NCBI GenBank assembly: GCA_963737525.1
Contig: CAVTTD010000040.1
Location: 11,337-75,336 of the forward strand
Source of the DNA: an uncultured Actinomycetota bacterium
GTDB lineage: Bacteria; Actinomycetota; UBA4738; HRBIN12
DNA length: 64,000 nt
Direction: 5' to 3'
Of this stretch, positions 1 through 9,325 are shown piece after piece; the stretch's first letter is position 1, and each line of letters opens with the position of its first letter. Below the pieces are notes generated by a model that searched no databases, was not told where the DNA came from, and was given only the letters and a program-made list of their open reading frames with translations. The translations under genes were made by a program, and so were the position numbers.

Positions 1-519
1 GGTTGGTCGGCAACCTGCTCGACCTCGCCCGGATCCGTGCCGGCGCGCTCACGCCGACCCGGCAGCTGGGGGCGATGGACGAGATCGTCGAGGTCGTCCT
101 CGCGAGGATGCGGTCGCGGCTCGCCGATCACGTCGTGACGGCCGATCTCCCGGCGAGGCTGCCCGACGTCTCGGTCGATCCCGTCCAGCTCGATCAGGTG
201 CTCACGAACCTCCTCGAGAACGCCGGCAGGCACGCGCCCCAAGGGAAGCGAGATCAACGTGAGCGTCCTGTGGCTGCACGGCGCCGTCCAGGTCCGGGTC
301 AGCGACCAGGGCCCCGGGATCCCGTTCGATGAGCGGGATCGGGTCTTCGAGGCCTTCTATCGGGGCTCGTCCAGCCCGGAGACCCCCGGCAGCGGCCTGG
401 GCCTCGCGATCGCGAAGGCCGTGGTGGTGGCCCACGGCGGGCGGATCTGGATCGAGGACAACCCGGACGGCGGCTGCGTGGTCGCCTTCGAGATCCCCGG
501 CGAGGATGGCAGGCCGTGA
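1..519 (+). pseudogene. kdpD: KdpD-type sensor histidine kinase, C-terminal catalytic part (5' end outside window); one frame switch near 246-247
   Basis: ORF 3..332 reads NLLDLARIRAG...DPVQLDQVLTNLLENAGRHAP (N-box). The continuation SEINVSVLW...DQGPGIP...GSGLGLAIAKAVVVAHGG (G1/G2 boxes) is in ORF 259..519. An extra A in GGGAAGC at 246-247 explains the switch. GTGA overlap with the kdpE start. Confidence 0.7.
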
Positions 520-1214
520 ACCGCGTCCTGGTGGTCGATGACGAGCCACAGATCCGCCGCGCCCTGCGCACCAGCCTGGAGGCGCACGGCTACGAGGTGC
601 AGACGGTCGGCACCGGTGAGGAGGCGGTGATCGGCGCCGCCGAGATCGCGCCCGAGCTCATGCTCCTGGACCTCGGGCTTCCGGACCTGGACGGGACCGA
701 GGTGATCCGGCGCGTCCGGGGGTTCACGGAGATGCCGATCATCGTGCTGTCCGTCCGGGACGGACAGCACGACAAGGTGGCGGCCCTGGACGCCGGCGCG
801 GACGACTACGTCACGAAGCCGTTCGCGATGGAGGAGCTCCTGGCGAGGGCGCGGGCGGCGATGCGCCGGGCGCAGCCCGGCGAGCCGCCCGCGCCCTCGA
901 TGCGCTACGGCTCGCTCGAGATCGACCTCGGCCGTCGGCTCGTGACGCTGGACGGCGATCCCCTCCGTCTCACGCCGACCGAGTACCTGCTCCTCGAGGC
1001 GCTCGTGACGAATCCCGGGAAGCTCCTGACCCACCAGTGGCTCCTCCGGAAGGTCTGGGGCCAGGGCTACGGCACCGAGACCACCTACCTGCGGACCTAC
1101 GTCCGGGCGCTCCGGAAGAAGCTGGGCGACGACGCGCAGGCGCCACAGCTGATCGTCACCGAACCCGGCGTCGGGTACCGCTGGATCGCGGAAGGTTCGG
1201 GCGCCGAGTCGTAG
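516..1214 (+). CDS. kdpE: KdpE, OmpR-family response regulator
   Basis: Receiver motifs VLVVDDEP, LMLLDLGLPDLDG, DAGADDYVTKPF. Winged-helix C-terminus YLRTYVRALRKKLGDD..PQLIVTEPGVGYRW is typical of KdpE. Intact 232-aa ORF. Confidence 0.85.
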   Translation: MNRVLVVDDEPQIRRALRTSLEAHGYEVQTVGTGEEAVIGAAEIAPELMLLDLGLPDLDGTEVIRRVRGFTEMPIIVLSVRDGQHDKVAALDAGADDYVTKPFAMEELLARARAAMRRAQPGEPPAPSMRYGSLEIDLGRRLVTLDGDPLRLTPTEYLLLEALVTNPGKLLTHQWLLRKVWGQGYGTETTYLRTYVRALRKKLGDDAQAPQLIVTEPGVGYRWIAEGSGAES

Positions 1215-1224
1215 CATCCGACGG

Positions 1225-3604
1225 ATGTCGACGAAGACCGACGGTGCCCATGTCGGCAGCGCCCTGAAGCGTCTCCTGCTCGGGCGGGCCCTGTCGATCT
1301 ATTCGCAGGAACACCAGCTCCTCCCGAAGACGCTCGCCCTGCCGGTCTTCTCCTCGGACACGCTCTCCTCGGTGGCCTACGCCACCGAGGAGATGATGCT
1401 CGTCCTCGTCCTGGCGGGCGCCGCGACGCTCTCGTATCGGCTCCCCATCGCGCTGGCGATCGCCGCCCTCCTCGCGATCGTCGTGACCTCGTATCGGCAG
1501 ACGGTTCGCGCCTACCCTCGCGGCGGCGGCTCCTACATCGTCGCCCGCGAGAACCTGGGGACGGTGCCCGGCCTGATCGCCGCGGCCGCGATCCTCACGG
1601 ATTACGTGCTGACCGTCGCCGTGTCCGTCACGGCGGGCACGGTCGCGATCACCTCGGCGGCTCCCTCCCTGAAGGACCACCGGGTCCTGATCGCATCTCT
1701 GCTCGTCATGCTCGTGACGGCAGCGAACCTCCGCGGCGTCAAGGAGGCGGGCGCCCTCTTCGCGGTGCCGACGTACGGCTTCGTCGCGATCGTCGCGGGC
1801 ACGATCCTGGCCGGGTTCTTCCAGTGCCTGTCGGGGTGCCACGTCGCGGACACGGCCCATCTGCCCATCCAGCCCGCCACGACCGTGACGCTGTTCCTGA
1901 TGCTTCGGGCGTTCTCGTCGGGTGCCTCGGCGCTCACCGGCGTCGAGGCGGTCGCCGACGGCGTCCAGGCCTTCCGACGACCGCAGGCCAAGAACGCGGC
2001 CGCCACCTTGGCCATCATGGGCGCGCTGGCGACGGTGCTGTTCCTCGGCATCACCATCCTGTCCGACCTGCTCAAGGTCCGGATCACCGAGGAGATGGCG
2101 AAGTCGCGGTCCGTGCTCTCCCTCATCGGCGACGCGATCTTCGGCCGTGGCCTCTGGTTCTTCGTCCTCCAGGTGTTCACCGCAGGGATCCTCGTGCTCG
2201 CGGCCAACACCGCGTTCCAGGACTTCCCTCGGCTCTCCTCGATCCTCGCGCGAGATCAGTTCGTGCCGAGTCAGTTCCGGAACCGCGGCGACCGCCTCGT
2301 GTTCTCCAACGGGGTCCTCGTGCTCGCGGCGCTCGCGATCATCCTGATCTGGCACTACGACGCGCAGCTGACGCGCCTGATCCAGCTCTACGTGATCGGC
2401 GTCTTCACGGCCTTCACGCTCTCGCAGGGGGGGATGGTCCGTCGCTGGTTCCGCGTGAAGGGCGCCGGCTGGCGTTGGCGCGCCACCCTGAACGGGGTCG
2501 GCGCCGCCGTCACGGGCATCGTGCTCGTGGTCGCGACGATCACCAAGTTCGCGCTTGGGTGCGTACGTGGTCGTGATCGCGATCCCGATCATCGTGACCC
2601 TCTTCCTGCTGATCAATCGTCACTACCGGCGGATCGGACGTCTCCTCGCCGCCGGCAAGCTCACCGGCGACGTCGCCGCGACGAACTCCTTCGTGCTCCT
2701 GGTCGGCGACTTCGGACCCGCCACGATCGACGCCGTCTCCTACCTGTTCACGATCCGATGCCAGGGGCTGGTCGCGCTCTGGGTGGGGCCGGAGGATCGG
2801 TTCGACGAGGCGCGCGAGACGTGGCGCCGATTCGCCCCTCGTTTCGGCGACCTCGAGCTGCTGCCGCGGGGGGAGGAGCACCCGGTCCGCGCCGTCCGGC
2901 ACTTCCTGAAGGACCGGCGGTTCGGAACGGACTTCGTCACGGTCGTGATCCCCGAGGTGGTGTCCTCCGGATCGCTCTTGCAGCTCGTCCGGCAACGGAC
3001 GACGTTCCTGTTGAAGACCTCGCTCCTTTTCCAACCCGGGATCGTGGTCACCAACGTGCCGCTCGTGCCGGGCGAGCCGCACGCCGCCTCCGGGGCACGT
3101 CCCGTGGAACGGCCCCGGAGCGAGGTCATCGTGCCCGTGTCCACCGTGCACGACGCCACCGTGCGCGCGTTGATCTACGCGAAGTCGCTCCAACCCTCGT
3201 CGGTCGAGGCCATCCACATGGCCACCGACCCGGAGGAGATCCCGAAGGTGGTCGAAGGCTGGCACGACCGCCGGATGGACGTTCCCCTCGTGCTCATCGA
3301 GGCGCCCTTCCGCGACCTCGGCCCTCCGTTGCTGGAGGAGATCCGGAGCCGCACGTCCCGCGGCGACACGGTCGTGACGGTCGTCCTCCCCGAGCTGGTG
3401 CCGGACCATTGGTGGCAGAACCTGCTGCACAACCAGTCGGCGTTGTTCTTCAAGCGGATCCTGCTCTTCGAGGCGGACGTCGTCGTGACGAGCGTTCCGT
3501 TCCACCTGGCCGCCCCGGAGACGCTTCGTGGTGCCGAACCCGAGGCACCGTCGACCCCCAAGGCACCGAGCCCCAGGGCACCCTCGAGGCCCGAGGTACG
3601 CTAG
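1225..3604 (+). pseudogene. kimA: KimA-like K+ transporter (APC superfamily) with two tandem copies of the cytosolic C-terminal domain; one frame switch near 2557
   Basis: Motif-level match to B. subtilis KimA as I recall it: KRLLLGRAL, FSSDTLSSVAYATEE, SYRQTVRAYPRGGGSYIVARENLG, LRAFSSGASALTGVEAV, LVLAANTAFQDFP..LARDQFVP..F..RGDRLVFSNG. After ...TKFALG the sensible frame moves to ORF 2555..3604 (AYVVVIAIPIIV...HWWQNLLHNQSALFFKRILLF). Starts 10 nt after the kdpE stop. Confidence 0.7.
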
Positions 3605-3608
3605 CCAC

Positions 3609-4088
3609 GTGAACATCCGGCCCGCGACCAAGGACGATGCCGACTTCATCGGCACGATGCTCTACGAGGCCGCTCGCTGGAACCCGGACTGGCCGAGGGA
3701 GTCGATCGAGGAGTTCCTGGACGAGCCCAGCCTCCGCCGCTACCACGAGGACTGGGGACGCGAGGGCGACGGCGGCGTGATCGCGGAGATCGACGGAGAG
3801 CCGGTCGGCGCCGCGTGGTATCGCGTGTTCACCGAGGAGGTGCCCGGCCTCGGGTTCGTGAACGAGAAGACGCCCGAGCTGAGCATCGCCGTCGCCCCGC
3901 TCCACCGGCGCAAGGGGATCGGTCAGGCGCTGCTTCGCTCCTGCATCGTGCAGGCCCGAGAGGAAGGGTTCCAGGCGCTGTCGCTGTCGGTCGCGGTCCA
4001 CAACCGCTCGCGGATGATGTACCAGCGAGCCGGTTTCGAGAAGATCGCGGAGTCCGGCGAATCCTGGACGATGCTGTCCAACCTGTGA
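3609..4088 (+). CDS. GNAT-family N-acetyltransferase
   Basis: GTG 3609 in the frame of ORF 3528..4088. Acetyl-CoA binding core IAVAPLHRRKGIGQALL and C-terminal MYQRAGFEK. Confidence 0.75.
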   Translation: MNIRPATKDDADFIGTMLYEAARWNPDWPRESIEEFLDEPSLRRYHEDWGREGDGGVIAEIDGEPVGAAWYRVFTEEVPGLGFVNEKTPELSIAVAPLHRRKGIGQALLRSCIVQAREEGFQALSLSVAVHNRSRMMYQRAGFEKIAESGESWTMLSNL

Positions 4089-4094
4089 TGTCTC

Positions 4095-5126
4095 TTGGCT
4101 CTAGTGGGGGACGGTCGTCCGCTCGTCGCGATCGTCGACGGCGTCGATCGACGGCCTCCCGACCTGGACGCCGTGGAGGAGCTGGCGACCGTGGTCCGCG
4201 TGCGCGGCGTCGACGAGTTGGCGCCGCACCGGGAGCGGGTCGAGGTGATCTTCGCGTGGAACTTCGACCGCCCGCGCCTGCGAGACGTCGATCCCGCGCG
4301 CGCCGCGTCTGCGATGGATCCAGTCGATCTCGGCGGGGGTCGAGGATCTCGCGTTCCCCGAGTCTCGGCGACCCACGGCGTCGTCCTCACCAACGCCGCG
4401 GGCGTCTACGATCCCGGCCTCGCGGAATCCGTGCTCGGTTTCCTGCTGGCGTTCTCGGCGCGGATCCTCGAGGATGCGCGCCTGCGGGCCGGTGATTGGC
4501 CATCGGAGAAGATCGCACTGGTCCGAGGAACGACCGCTCTGATCGTCGGTGCCGGATCGATCGGCACCGAGACGGGACGCCTGCTTCGGTCGGCCGGGGT
4601 GCGCGTGCGCGGAGTCGCACGCACCGCCCGACCCGCCGGACGACGTGTTCGAGTCGATCGTCGGTACCGACGGCTCTGCAGGCGGAGCTCGCCGACGGCC
4701 GATCACGTGGTGAACGTGCTCCCGATCACGCCGGCCACCCGCCGTATGTTCGGCGCACCCGAGTTCGCCGCGATGAAGCCGACCGCCTTGTTCGTGAACA
4801 TCGGACGAGGGGCCACGGTGGACGAGCCCGCGCTGATCCACGCGCTGGAGAGCGGCGTGATCGCCGGCGCGGCGCTCGACGTCTTCGAGGAGGAACCGCT
4901 CCCCGCGGAGAGTCCCTTGTGGAGCATGCCCAACGTCTTGGTCTCGCCTCATCGCGCCGGCGATCACGAACAGTGGACGGAGGACGTCGTGGCGCTCTTC
5001 GTCGACAACCTGAAGCGATTCGTCGCCGGCGAGCCGCTCCGGAACGTCGTCGACGTGTCGCTCGGCTACGCGCCGGCCGGTCGCTCCTCGGGCGTCTCGA
5101 TCAGCGACTCGGCCTCGCGGAGGTAA
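4095..5126 (+). pseudogene. D-isomer-specific 2-hydroxyacid dehydrogenase (NAD-binding), with compensating frame switches
   Basis: GTTALIVGAGSIGTETGRLL (GxGxxG), FVNIGRGATVDE, LDVFEEEPLP, SPHRAG. The family-typical segments LRWIQSISAGVEDL (about 4300-4370) and DDVFESIVGTDG / LQAELADG (about 4640-4700) sit in other frames. The last 60 nt overlap the convergent gene, so the 3' end is uncertain. Confidence 0.65.
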
Positions 5127-8100
5127 CTCGTGGCGCCCATCTGTCGGGAGAGCTCGATCACGCGGTCGAGCTGCGGCCGCGCGTCAGGCCTCCGATCCTC
5201 GGCGATGAGATGGCGGGCTTCGCACAGCCGCGCGTACGCCTCATCGGGCGCGGCGCCGATCTCCTCGAAGATCGCCGCGGCGCCCGGCAGGTCCCCGGCC
5301 GCCCACGATCGCGCCGCGGCGACCCAGCGCGACGGCGACCCTTCGCCCCCGAGCGCGAGGATCTCGTTGGCGCGTCCCACTTCGGTCAACACGATCGCCG
5401 CGGCGACGATCCACCAGGCCCACTCTCCTCCCTGCCGAGGATCGACCGTCCGGAGAACCTCATCGATCGCGATCTCGGCCTCGCCCAGGCGTCCCATGAC
5501 GAGCAGCACACGTGCCCGCTCGGCCAACGCCGGATGAACCGTTTGGGGGTCGCCAGCGGTGCGACCGACCTCGACTCCACGGTCGGCATCGGCGAGCGCG
5601 CCGTCGAGATCGCCCCGAGCCACTCTGATCTTTGCTCGTGTATTCCGATGCTGGACCTCGAGGTAGTGCGACGCGCCGGCCTCCATCCTCGCGAGCTCTG
5701 CATCGGCGATCGCGAGTGCCTCGTCCCACTCCCCGAGCAGCCCGAGGTCGAAGGCGATCTCCGCCTTGTTCCAAAGGATCGCGCCAGCGATGGCGAAGCG
5801 TTCGGCGTAGGCGAGGTTGTGCCGATGGATCTCCAGCGTCCGTCGGATGTCGCCCATCTGGAAGAGCGAGACCGCGAGGTTCGCGTTCCCGCGGGTGACG
5901 TGCCACGGCAGGTTCGCACGCTCCGCGATCGCGATGCTCTCCTCGACGTCACGGAGGCCGGCGACATCACCGAGGAGGACGCGTGAGATACCGACGGAGT
6001 TCAACGCGAACGTCCTGAGCTCGTCGTCGTCCAGCACCTCCGCCACCTGCATCGCTTCGCGTCCCACCGCGATCGCGTCCAGGGAGCGGCCGGTCACCAT
6101 GAGGTAGCGAGCGAGGTGCGCCTTCGCCTGCCCGACATATCTCGACGGCGCCCGGCCGGCGACCAGGGACGCCGCCCGGTCGAAGTGCTCTTGGGCCTCT
6201 TTGCCGCGTCCGCGCCGCCAGATCGTGTCGCCGACATAGAGCTCCGCGACGGCGGCGCGCTCCACGTCGCCGGCTGCAAGGAGCAGGTCCCTCGCCTCCG
6301 AAAGGACCTCCGCACCCTCGTCGCGGTGGAGCCACAGGGCGACTCCGTAGTCGAACAGGAGGAGGGGACGTTCCGGATCATCCGCCGGCCACAGCTCGAC
6401 GGCGGCCGCGTATGAGCGCTCGGCCGCGGCGAACGCGCCGAGGCCGATTGCCCGCTCGCCCGCCGATCGGAGCGCGAGACGGGCGGGTCCTTCCAGCGCC
6501 GCCGTCTCGGCGCCGGCGGCCCGAGCGAGCTCGAGCGCGGAAAGGTAATGGTGGGCCAGCAGTTCCGCTCGATCCTCGAGTCGGTTCGCGCCGAGGGACG
6601 CGATCCACTCCGCCGCGGCGCGGTGCTTCGCAGCCCTCGCCGCCCGAGGGATCTGCCCGTACGCGACGTCGCGCAGGAGAAGGTGCAGAAACGCGTACTC
6701 CGCCTCGGTCCCGACCGAGGATCGACGCGCGCGCCGGACGAAGCGTCCGCGCTCGAGTTCGTGCAGGCGCCGCTCGATGTCGTCACCGTCGCGGCCGCCG
6801 ATGGCCGCGACGGCGCCGACCCAGAACGCCTTCCCGATCACCGCCGCGTCTTGGAGGAGCGACTTGTCGGCCGGATCGAGGCCGTCGAGGCGGGCGGCGA
6901 TGATGCCCTGGACCGACTCGGGGAGCTCGACCCGCGCGAGGTCCGCGGCGGTCCGGCCTTCGGCCATCCGCGCGAACTCCTCCGCGTACAGCGGGTTCCC
7001 GCCCGCGCGCGCCAGGAGTGCCGACTGGAGCTCCGCGGGCAGCAACGCACGCTCCATCAGGCTCGCGAGGATCTTGGAGGTGTCCTCGTCCGACAGGGGA
7101 GCGAGCGAGATCGTCGCGGCGTTCGGCTTCCCTCCGCCCCAGCCCGGGCGTTCGGGCGAGGAGCTCCGGACGCGCCGTGCCGACGACGAGCAGCGGCACG
7201 TCGCGCGTCCAGTCCAGCAGGTAGTCGAGGAAGTCCAGGAGACCGTCGTCGGCCCAATGCAGGTCCTCGAAGATCAGCACGGTGGGCCGTCGCTCGGCGA
7301 GGGATTCGAGGAACCGCCGCCACGCGGCCGGACCCTCGTCGGATCCCTCCTGCCCCGGGCGCGCCTCCTGCGAGAGCCCGGTGAGTGGGCCTAGGTGGCG
7401 AGCCACCCACGCGCGCTCGTGCTCCTCGGGGATCAGCTCTCCCACCATCCGATCGAGCTTCTCGACCGTGGTCGACGTCGGCGTCCGTCTCGAGGATCCC
7501 GGCCTCGGCCTTCACGATCTCGCCGAGGGCCCAGTAGCTGACGCCTTCCCCGTACGGCAGGCTCCGACCCTGCCGCCACGTGATCAGGTCGGGCAGCGTA
7601 TCGATGTGCGCGTAGAGCTCGTGCACGAGCCGGCTCTTGCCGATGCCCGGGCTCGCCCACGAGCGTGACGAGCTGGGGCTCGTCCTGGAGCCGAGCCCGG
7701 TCCAACGCGTCGCGAAGCAGGGCGAGCTCTCGGTCGCGCCCGACGAGCGGCGTGTCGACTCGTCGTGTGATGTCGACGCCGAAGCGAGCTCTCGCTTCGA
7801 GCGCCTCCCACGCCGGGACCCGCTCGGCCTTCCCTTTCGCGTCCACCGGCTCGCCTGGTCGGTACTCGATGGCGCGCTCTGTCGCGCGATACGTCGCCTC
7901 GCCGACGAGGATCCCGTCGACCGGCGCGGCGCTCTGGAGGCGCGCCGCCGTGTTGACCACGTCGCCCGCCGCCATGCCCTCGCCCTGGAGCGGGTCCGCG
8001 CCCGAGCGACACGAGGGCCTCGCCCGTGTTGACGCCGACGCGGACGTGCAGGTCGAGCTCGGGATCTTGCTCGTTCATCTCCGCGATCGCGTCGCGGATC

Positions 8101-8445
8101 GCGAGCGCGGCTCGGACGGCGCGTTCGGGGTCGTCCTCGTGCGGCGATCGGCGCGCCGAACACCGCCATCACCGCGTCGCCGATGAACTTCTCGACGGTC
8201 CCCCCGCGGCGTTCGAGCTCCTCGCGGAGGCGGGCGAAGTACGGCGTGAGGGTCGCTCGCACGTCCTCGGGGTCCAGCTGTTCGCTCCTGCTCGTGAACC
8301 CGACCAGGTCGGCGAACAAGACGGTGACGACCTTCCGTTCCTCGCGCGGCGCCCCCCCGGACGAGTCTTCCAACGCCGATCCGCAGTTGGCGCAGAACCG
8401 CGCGTCGTCGGGATTCTCTCGCCCGCAGGTGATGCAGGTCCGCAC
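5066..8445 (-). pseudogene. Zinc-ribbon / class III adenylyl(guanylyl) cyclase / STAND P-loop ATPase / TPR protein (about 1100 aa), at least 4 frame switches
   Basis: N-terminus CITCGRENPDDARFCANCG. Cyclase motifs VLFADLVGFTS, KFIGDAVMAVFG, AAGDVVNTAARLQ. P-loop GEPGIGKSRL, Walker B VLIFEDLHWAD. C-terminal ~660 aa of helical TPR-like repeats. Pieces lie in ORFs 7057..8445, 7433..7975, 6783..7448 and 5066..7057. Confidence 0.75.
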
Positions 8446-8454
8446 GGCCGGAGA

Positions 8455-9124
8455 CTACTCCGCGACCTGTCCCTCGGCGGCCCGGTCGAGCTCGGCGTAC
8501 GCTGCCCGTACCTTCCGGTACCGGTGGGATACCCACCACACGCCGGCCACCAGCACGATCGCGACGATCGCCCAGGCGATCGGCTGCAGGATGGCCTCCA
8601 CGGCGGTCCAGTTCTCGCCGAGGGCGTACCCGAGCCCTGCCAAGGCGAACGTCCATGGAAGGCACCCGAGCACCGTGTACAGGGTGAACCGCCCGAACGG
8701 CATCCGCGCGACACCCGCGGGCAAGGAGATGAACGTGCGTATCACCGGCAGGAGCCGGGAGGCGAAGACGGCCATCTCGCCGTGCCGCTCGAACCACACG
8801 TGTGCGCGGTCGACCTCATGGGGAAGCACCAAGAGGTACCGCCCGAACCGGTCGATCAACGGCCGGCCTCCCACGTAGCCCGCCCAATACGCCAGCCAGG
8901 AGCCGACCAGGTTCCCCGCCGTTCCGACCAGCGCCACCGTCACGAGGTTCAGCTGCTGGTCCGGGCCTGCGAAGGCGGCGCTCGCGAGCGCCCCTCCGAA
9001 CAGCATCGTGACCTCCGACGGTATCGGGACGCAGGCCGACTCCAGCACCATCAGGACGAAGACGGCCAGATAGCCGTAGTCGCCGATCAGGTTCGTGATG
9101 AAGTCGTTGAGGATCGCGAGCACG
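8455..9124 (-). CDS. DedA-family membrane protein
   Basis: LIGDYGYLAVFVLMVLESACVPIPSE...GNLVGSWLAYWAGYVGGRPLI...FASRLLPVIRTFISLPAG. GTG 9124 was chosen by homology; ATG 9207 is also possible. The stop lies 10 nt upstream of the cyclase-STAND start. Confidence 0.7.
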
Positions 9125-9325
9125 CAGCCGACGCCTTCCGGTGCGGGAATAGACGCAGCGTACCAGCGCGTTCCTGAGGCCCGGGAGCAGCTGTGACCGC
9201 CGCTCATGGTGATCCAGGGCCCCGCCGATGCTCCATGGTGGCCCCGAAGGCCGGTGGTACCGTCCCAACAGAGGCTCGCCTTGACAGCACCCGACAACAT
9301 CCCCTGAACGAAAGCCGATTCCGAT

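Noticed and set aside
1156-2616. Long antisense or alternative-frame ORFs. Examples: 1156..2616(-), 11998..14238(-), 24995..27550(-), 28614..31277(-), 34857..37109(-), 37843..39978(-), 42284..44335(-), 48742..50379(-), 55819..57726(-)
   Set aside because: All are Arg/Pro/Gly/Asp-rich translations lying opposite to, or out of frame with, genes that carry clear family motifs. This is typical shadow-ORF behaviour in GC-rich DNA, with no conserved motifs or sensible starts.
1225-3612. A single 795-aa ORF covering the whole transporter in one frame
   Set aside because: After about residue 443 this frame is Arg/Pro/Gly-rich with no hydrophobic or conserved segments. The KimA-like continuation is in the frame of ORF 2555..3604.
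9278-9283. A perfect TTGACA upstream of topA as a promoter -35
   Set aside because: No acceptable TAnnnT -10 lies at 16-19 nt spacing, so I could not support a full promoter call.
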